This document shows positions 58,596 to 64,000 of a DNA stretch of 64,000 bases, in pieces. Source of the DNA: Candidatus Eiseniibacteriota bacterium (GTDB taxonomy: Bacteria; Eisenbacteria; RBG-16-71-46; SZUA-252); contig OY969801.1 of NCBI GenBank assembly GCA_963703225.1, forward strand, positions 2,112,001 to 2,176,000, written 5' to 3'. Made by a program: the position numbers and the translations under genes. Every line of letters starts with the position of its first letter. Positions within the stretch are counted from its first letter, which is position 1. A model generated the notes under the pieces. It did no database searches, was not told the origin of the DNA, and worked only from the letters and a program-made list of their open reading frames with translations.

Positions 58596-61577
58596 TCAAC
58601 CGAGCTGGGCGCGGAGATCCTTGCGGTGAATTCGAATCGGAGCCTTGGAGCGAAGCCGCAGCGTCCAGGCCTCCACCCGCTGGTCGATCAGCTCGCGGAT
58701 GAGGGAATCCCGATGCTTGGCGAAATCACCGGGCGGGAGCACGATGACCGTGTCGACCACCGCGTAGAGTATCCCGGTGTTCCCCTTGAGCGGGGGGAGG
58801 CGCCCCCCCGGCTCCGTCGAAAAGACGCGGCTGATGTAGGTCGAGTCGCGCGCGAGCGATGGGTCGCGCGCGAAATCGGGGATCGGCCCTTGACGGCCGA
58901 ATTGCTTGCTGAACTTGAGCCCCCCGACCGGGACGAAGAGCGTCTCCGGATCCGCGCCGCCTTCGAACGCCGGGCGGAGGATCTGGTCGAGCGAGTCGGC
59001 CGCGGCTCGGCGGCGCTGGAGCTGGTAGTCCGCGACGACGCGGTCTCTCACCTGGTCGAAGGTCGCCGGCTCGGGCGGCACCTCTCGGACACGCTTCACG
59101 ACGAGATAACCGTCCTGCAGCGTGACCGGAGCTGGAGCCACGGCGCCGTCGGAAAGGGGAGCGACCACCTTCTCGAACCACGCAGCAGCGCCGAGAGCCC
59201 CCAGCTGCTCGCTCGAGGCAACCGGCAGGCTGCGCGTCCACCCGACTTTCTGGGAATCGCTCGACGCCCCCTGACGGGAGGCCGTCGCGAGAAACTCCGC
59301 GGCGGAGCGTCGGGCGAGGGAATCGGCGAGATCCCGGCCCAAGACGCCATGGATCTCCTCGGTGCAGTCGGAGAGCGGGCGGAGGTGGTCCGGCTTTCTG
59401 GACTCCACCTCGAGGAAGTGAAAGCCGAAGCGGGTCTCGAACACCTCGCTCACCTGGCCCACCGGAATCGTGAACGCCACGTCGCCAAACTCCTTCACCA
59501 CGGCTCCACGGGTCATCTCCCCCAGGTCACCGCCCTTGGAGGCCGATCCGGTGTCGTCGGAGACTTCCTTGGCGACCGCGGCGAAGTCTTCCCCATTCAC
59601 GATTCGCTTCCGCGCCGCGATCGCCTTTTGGCGCGCGGCTTCCCGGGCGGCCAAACCGTCCGCGGCGCGGAACGCGATCAGGACGTGGCGGACCCGGGCC
59701 TTCCCGGGTTCGGTGAACTCGATCGGGTGCTCGCGCCAGTACACGGCGATCGAGTCCTGGGCCACCTCGATATCCTCCGGCTTCGCCCTCCGGAACAGGG
59801 CGTAATCGATCACCCAGCGCGTCGGTGTTCGATAGTTGCCCCGGTGTTCCCTGAAATAGGCTTCCGCTTCGCGCGCGATGGCCTCTCGGCGCTGCTCGAT
59901 CACGGCGGCGTGCGCGGCCGGCCGAGCGGCCGCGTAGGGAGGAAGGAAATTCGGGTCAACCCGCTCGACCCGGACCGCGAATACCGAGTCGGCTCTCTGC
60001 CGTGGGCCGACGACGTCCTTCGGCCGCATCGCGTAGAGCGAATCCTGAAGCGCCCCCTCCACGAGAAGAGGTGACGTGGGAGGCTCGCCGCGGTACCGCG
60101 AGTAGGTGCCTACGCTCGCCGCGTAGCGGGAAGCGACTTTGGCGGGGTCCTCTCCCTTCTTGAGGCGCGACACCACATCACGAAAGGTGCGCGCGGCGTC
60201 TTCCTGTTTCCGCTCCCAGCGAATGAGGTTAGGGATTCCGGTCCGCACGGAATCGGTCCAGGCGCGCGACGTATCGGCGACATGGGAATCCCGACGGATC
60301 CGCGACAGGCGTTTCTCGATCTCCTTCGCGGTGGGCGGACGCCCGGCGTCGAACGAGTCGAAGCTCCGGGATACCCAGGACACGGTCACGCGCGGAACGA
60401 AGTAGGATTCGGGGTGGGCCCGGACCTCGGCCCTCGCGAGCGAGTCGAGCGCCTCCTCTCGCACCGCCGAGTCAGCCTTCTTCTTCGCCTGCGTCACGAC
60501 CTCGCGAAACGGCAGGCGCCGGGCATCCCGGCGCTCCGCGAGACGGACGACGACGTAGTAGGGACCGACGCGGACCGGCTCCCGCATCCATTCGCCCGGC
60601 TCGGCGGCGCGGATGGCCGCGACCAGCGCGTCCGAGCGGCCCAGCCCGCGGACCGGATCCCCCACCCGGAACCAACCGGGGTCGTGGATCCCTCCGTGAG
60701 GCTTGGCCGCGGCTTCGGCCGGCGCGCCCGCCCTCAGCTCCGTCAGAAGGCTGGTGGCGGTCTTGAGCGCGGCCCGCGAGGCCTCCTCCTTGGACGAATC
60801 GGCAGTGGCGCCTTCGGGGTTCGCCGCGATTCGGATGCACTCGATCCGCGCCTCCTCGTCGCCCATGAACTCATCGGGGTGGGCGTCGTAGTAGGCCCGC
60901 ACCTGGGCGGCGGTTGCCTCCGGCTCGAGGGTTACCGCGTCGGGGCCCACCACCGCGTAGCGAATCGAGGCCTGCGACGTCCGCTCCTCGAACGTCTTCT
61001 TGAGCTCGGACTCCCTCGGCCCGAATCGACGCTCCATCCATCGAGTGTATTCCTCGAGCAAGAGGGTCTGCTCTACCTGGGCCCTGAGCTCTGGGTAGTT
61101 CGATGTGGGCGATCTCTTGAAGGCCTGGAACTTGGCTTCATCCACCTGACCGGCGGTCTTGAAGAATTCGCTCTGCTTCATGCGGGAATCGATCTCGACG
61201 TCGGTCACCTTCATCCCGCGCCGCCTGGCGTCGGCGAGCCACAGCCGCTCCCGGATCAGCTCGTCCAGCACATTGTGCTGCAGGAGCCGCTTCTCATCTT
61301 CGTTCAGGGGGCGCCCAGCGCGCACCTGCACCTCTTCGAAATAGGGCTTCGCGAGCCGGTCCCATTCCGCCTGGGTGATGGGGATGCCATCGACGATCCC
61401 GATCTCATCGGGCGGTACGGCTGCGGGCGCGGCGCGGGTGAGGGCGCCTTTGGCCGGGGGCTGAGGCGAAGCGGGGGACGGTGGCGCCGCGGCGCCAATG
61501 ATGGCCGGCGCGGCCGCGCCAAGAAGCACGGCGACCATGACCGCGCAGGCAGTGGGCGAAAGGGAGGGTCGGCTCAC
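58596..61577 (-). CDS. PpiD/SurA-like periplasmic foldase (parvulin PPIase)
   Basis: Signal peptide, SurA-N (LDELIRERL), VRHVLI...FAAVAKEVSDD..SASKGGDLG...ETRFGFH. Confidence 0.88.
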   Translation of the reverse strand: MSRPSLSPTACAVMVAVLLGAAAPAIIGAAAPPSPASPQPPAKGALTRAAPAAVPPDEIGIVDGIPITQAEWDRLAKPYFEEVQVRAGRPLNEDEKRLLQHNVLDELIRERLWLADARRRGMKVTDVEIDSRMKQSEFFKTAGQVDEAKFQAFKRSPTSNYPELRAQVEQTLLLEEYTRWMERRFGPRESELKKTFEERTSQASIRYAVVGPDAVTLEPEATAAQVRAYYDAHPDEFMGDEEARIECIRIAANPEGATADSSKEEASRAALKTATSLLTELRAGAPAEAAAKPHGGIHDPGWFRVGDPVRGLGRSDALVAAIRAAEPGEWMREPVRVGPYYVVVRLAERRDARRLPFREVVTQAKKKADSAVREEALDSLARAEVRAHPESYFVPRVTVSWVSRSFDSFDAGRPPTAKEIEKRLSRIRRDSHVADTSRAWTDSVRTGIPNLIRWERKQEDAARTFRDVVSRLKKGEDPAKVASRYAASVGTYSRYRGEPPTSPLLVEGALQDSLYAMRPKDVVGPRQRADSVFAVRVERVDPNFLPPYAAARPAAHAAVIEQRREAIAREAEAYFREHRGNYRTPTRWVIDYALFRRAKPEDIEVAQDSIAVYWREHPIEFTEPGKARVRHVLIAFRAADGLAAREAARQKAIAARKRIVNGEDFAAVAKEVSDDTGSASKGGDLGEMTRGAVVKEFGDVAFTIPVGQVSEVFETRFGFHFLEVESRKPDHLRPLSDCTEEIHGVLGRDLADSLARRSAAEFLATASRQGASSDSQKVGWTRSLPVASSEQLGALGAAAWFEKVVAPLSDGAVAPAPVTLQDGYLVVKRVREVPPEPATFDQVRDRVVADYQLQRRRAAADSLDQILRPAFEGGADPETLFVPVGGLKFSKQFGRQGPIPDFARDPSLARDSTYISRVFSTEPGGRLPPLKGNTGILYAVVDTVIVLPPGDFAKHRDSLIRELIDQRVEAWTLRLRSKAPIRIHRKDLRAQLG

Positions 61578-61617
61578 CGGCTGAAGAGTCTAGGTATGGG
61601 GCGGGTCCGCGCGAATG

Positions 61618-61820
61618 AAAAATTAGGCCCTTGGCGGACGATTCTCGCGAAGTGTGGGGGGCAGAAGCATCGCGAGGCTGTCGTCAATTGCCAAGGGCCT
61701 TCAACCGATTCGACACGCGCCTAAGCGTGGCCCCGTGCGCAGACGTAAAGTCGAGGGGTGTCAGGCTCACACAAGTGGGCCACGCTGGGCCCGGGCCGGT
61801 CGGCCCAGGATCCAATCGAT
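61618..61820 (-). ncRNA. Candidate sigma54-dependent structured small RNA
   Basis: Three consecutive stems (61785-61808, 61724-61786, 61625-61700); the last is followed by AAUUUUU; starts ~12 nt after a -24/-12 motif; no credible ORF. Confidence 0.6.
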
Positions 61821-61830
61821 TGATGCTTAG

Positions 61831-61846
61831 AGCAGCCGCCATGCCA
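61831..61846 (-). promoter_or_regulatory. sigma54 (-24/-12) promoter
   Basis: Minus strand (TT)TGGCAT-GGCGG-CTGCT, GG-N10-GC spacing exact. Confidence 0.65.
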
Positions 61847-62001
61847 AAAGCACTCCCCTCTTGATTGATTCAGCCGTCCGAAACAACGCCCATCAGTGGA
61901 ACACCTTACAGAACCGCTTTGCCTGGGGCGGGCGTCGCATGCCTCAGGCTATGTCGATAGAACGTATACAGCTTGAGGCAATACGACACGCACATATTGG
62001 C

Positions 62002-62014
62002 TAAAATATTGTTA
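62002..62014 (-). promoter_or_regulatory. IHF-like site in an AT-rich tract
   Basis: TAACAA-TATT-TTA versus WATCAA-N4-TTR (1 mismatch), within the most AT-rich stretch of the window. Confidence 0.45.
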
Positions 62015-62040
62015 ACAAATTATTTATACAATATGCGCCA

Positions 62041-63468
62041 TTAATGCACCGATGTGCCAGAATGTCCTATTCCTGGCACATATCCCGCTTCAGCGTACCT
62101 CTCGAGCATCCGATAGAGGGTCCTCCGTGGAATGCCCAGCAATCGGGCCGCCTCGGACTTGTTCCCGTGGGCTCGCTCCAGCGCGTCGAAGACGTGATCG
62201 CGGATCAGCTCATCCAGAGTCGGCCTCGACCGGGTCGTCTGAACCGACGGCGCGGCGATGGGCAATCCGGCCAACTTTTCCGGGAGGTCCCCTTCCTCCA
62301 CGATCGGGCCGGGCGAGAGCGCGACCGCACGCTCCACGACGTTCTCCAGCTCTCTGACGTTGCCGGGCCACGTGTGCGCCAGCAGGGCTTCCATGGACTT
62401 CGGGGAAAAACCCGAGAGCTGACGGTTGGACCGCGCCGCGTATTCGCGGAGGAAGTGGCCGGCCAGGACCGGAATGTCCTCGCGCCGCTCCCGAAGCGGT
62501 AGCACGTGCAGCGCCACGACATGGAGGCGATAGTAGAGGTCCTCCCGGAAGCCCCCCGCCCGCACGAGCGCCTCGAGATCCCTGTGCGTCGCCGCCACCA
62601 CCCGCACGTCGACCGGGATCGTCTCCGCTCCGCCCACCGGCTTCACCTCCTGCTCCTGCAGCACGCGGAGCAGCTTGGCCTGCATCGAAAGCGACATGTC
62701 TCCGACCTCGTCGAGAAAGACGGTCCCGCGATTCGCTTCCAGAAAGAGCCCGGGGCGCCGCTCGATCGCTCCGGTGAAGGCGCCCTTCACGTGGCCGAAG
62801 AGCTCGCTCTCCAACAGTGTCTCGGAGAGGCTGGTGCAATTGACCGCGACGAAGGGCCGGTCGCGGCGAGGGCTCGATTCGTGAATCGTGCGAGCGATCA
62901 GCTCCTTGCCCGTGCCGCTCTCGCCGATGATCAGCACGGAGCTCTTGGTCCCCGCGACACGCGAAACCAGCTTGAACAGCTCGACCATGCCCGGGTGCGA
63001 TCCGATAATCGGCCTCGTCCGGCCGGGATCCACGGGGGCGGGTCCCGAGGGCATTCCCGCGGCCGCGCCGCTCTTCGCCGCGTGGCGCAGCTTCCGCCGC
63101 TCCATCGCCCGCGCGACGCAGAGACGGACCTCGTCGAGCTTGAAGGGCTTCCGGACATAGTCGATCGCTCCCTCATGGAGCGCCCGGATGGCCGTCTCGA
63201 TCGTTCCGTAGGCCGTGACCAGGATGACGCTCAGGTCGGGCGCGATGCTGCGAAGCCTTCTCAGCACCTCGATCCCGTCGATATCGGGCATCTGGACGTC
63301 GCTCAGGACGATGTCGAACGGCCGCTCCGCCGCGAGCCGCAACGCCTCGGCGCCGCTCGACGCCACGGCGACCTCGTATCCCTCCTGGACGAACACCTCC
63401 CGGAGGAGTCCCGAGGAACCGGAATCGTCGTCGACGACCAACATGGTGGGGCGCTGCCGGGCGCTCAT
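62041..63468 (-). CDS. sigma54-dependent response regulator (NtrC/AtoC family: REC-AAA+-Fis HTH)
   Basis: VVDDD, SDVQMP, GESGTGKE, GAFTGA, FLDEVGD, FREDLYYRL, WPGNVREL, GNKSEAARLLGI. Confidence 0.95.
   Translation of the reverse strand: MSARQRPTMLVVDDDSGSSGLLREVFVQEGYEVAVASSGAEALRLAAERPFDIVLSDVQMPDIDGIEVLRRLRSIAPDLSVILVTAYGTIETAIRALHEGAIDYVRKPFKLDEVRLCVARAMERRKLRHAAKSGAAAGMPSGPAPVDPGRTRPIIGSHPGMVELFKLVSRVAGTKSSVLIIGESGTGKELIARTIHESSPRRDRPFVAVNCTSLSETLLESELFGHVKGAFTGAIERRPGLFLEANRGTVFLDEVGDMSLSMQAKLLRVLQEQEVKPVGGAETIPVDVRVVAATHRDLEALVRAGGFREDLYYRLHVVALHVLPLRERREDIPVLAGHFLREYAARSNRQLSGFSPKSMEALLAHTWPGNVRELENVVERAVALSPGPIVEEGDLPEKLAGLPIAAPSVQTTRSRPTLDELIRDHVFDALERAHGNKSEAARLLGIPRRTLYRMLERYAEAGYVPGIGHSGTSVH
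62052..62081. promoter_or_regulatory. Palindrome, candidate enhancer (UAS) for a sigma54 activator
   Basis: ATGTGCCAG-N12-CTGGCACAT perfect 9-bp inverted repeat. Confidence 0.5.
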
Positions 63469-63700
63469 CTTCCTTCTCCGTGACGGGACTTCCGCCGCGC
63501 GGGGCGCGGGCTTTCATTGTACCCCACGCGCCCTGCCGGGTTCGGCCCCTCGCCGCCCGACAGCGCCCCGTGGCCCCGGCTGGGAGACGCCGCTTGGCCG
63601 TTCGGGGTTGATGAAGGTGGAACCGATCTTCTAGCATCGGGCGACTTTGACGCGGATCCCGCCGGGACCTGCGATGGTCCTCTCGATCGTGGAGGCCGAA

Positions 63701-64000
63701 ATGTCATCGAGCCCCGATACGGAAATTGAGGAGCCGCTCTCCGTCTCCGACCTCCAGGAGGCGTGGTCGCTCCTGGTTCCCTCCGATCGAATGGAGAGCT
63801 TTCGCGCGCTCGAGCGCACCGAAGCGGAAGATTTCTTTCTCAGCCTGAGCGCGCGAGACCAAGCCGAGCTGCTCCTCGGTCTCCCTCCGGCGGAACGGCG
63901 GTCGTGGATGCGCCTCCTGGCGCCCGACGACGCCGCCGACTTGGTGCAGGAAGTTCCCCACGCCGAGCGCGAGGAGCTGATGGCGCTCCTCGACGATCCC
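63701..64000 (+). CDS. mgtE: Magnesium transporter MgtE, N-terminal part (runs off window; absent from the ORF track)
   Basis: GGAGG-N5-ATG; MSSSPDTEIEEPLSVSDLQEAWSLL...FFLSLSARDQAELL...WMRLLAPDDAADLVQE. Confidence 0.8.
   Translation, partial: MSSSPDTEIEEPLSVSDLQEAWSLLVPSDRMESFRALERTEAEDFFLSLSARDQAELLLGLPPAERRSWMRLLAPDDAADLVQEVPHAEREELMALLDDP

Noticed and set aside
61625..61808. Hairpins as CRISPR repeats, REP/MITE or tRNA
   Set aside because: The stems differ in sequence, there is no repeat-spacer periodicity, no terminal inverted repeats with target duplication, and no cloverleaf/T-loop motif
63469..63700. Possible M-box (Mg2+) riboswitch or leader peptide before mgtE
   Set aside because: No recognisable ykoK conserved sequence or terminator; the region looks like a plain divergent promoter (TACAAT at 63516-63521 on minus)

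Overview
A GC-rich bacterial chromosomal window, almost entirely minus-strand, with no tRNA, rRNA, CRISPR array or mobile element that I can see. Left to right it holds: a partial GT4, an MFS transporter, a zinc-ribbon protein, recG, a four-gene minor type IV pilin cluster (fimU/pilV/pilW/pilX-like) and rpmB. Next is a dcw cluster (mraZ-STAS-rsmH-ftsL-ftsI-murE-murF-mraY-murD-ftsW-murG-murC-ftsQ-ftsA-ftsZ). A ~22.7 kb glycosylation locus follows, with many GT4/GT2 enzymes, a Dpm1-like synthase, two GT-C proteins (YfhO-like and DUF2723/TMEM260-like), a flippase-like protein, an epimerase, a methyltransferase, a FemAB-like GNAT and a PorZ-like beta-propeller. Then come nusB, an FMN-riboswitch rib operon, a secreted FlgD/CTD protein, a TPR-SLH protein, radC, a long PpiD/SurA-like foldase, an NtrC-family regulator and the start of mgtE. 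Roughly 15 single-base frameshifts, several in essential genes, most likely reflect assembly errors. FlgD-type C-terminal sorting domains suggest an FCB-related lineage such as Eisenbacteria; this is inference only. The best candidates for new biology are: (1) an unannotated ~200-nt three-hairpin RNA with its own sigma54 promoter, IHF-like site and palindromic enhancer directly behind the NtrC-family gene; (2) a TMEM260-like protein O-mannosylation pathway with its donor synthase; (3) a non-phosphorylatable STAS gene inside the dcw operon; (4) shared sigma28-like and sigma54 promoters on the pilin genes; (5) a GT2 fused to an apparently dead phosphoglycosyl transferase.
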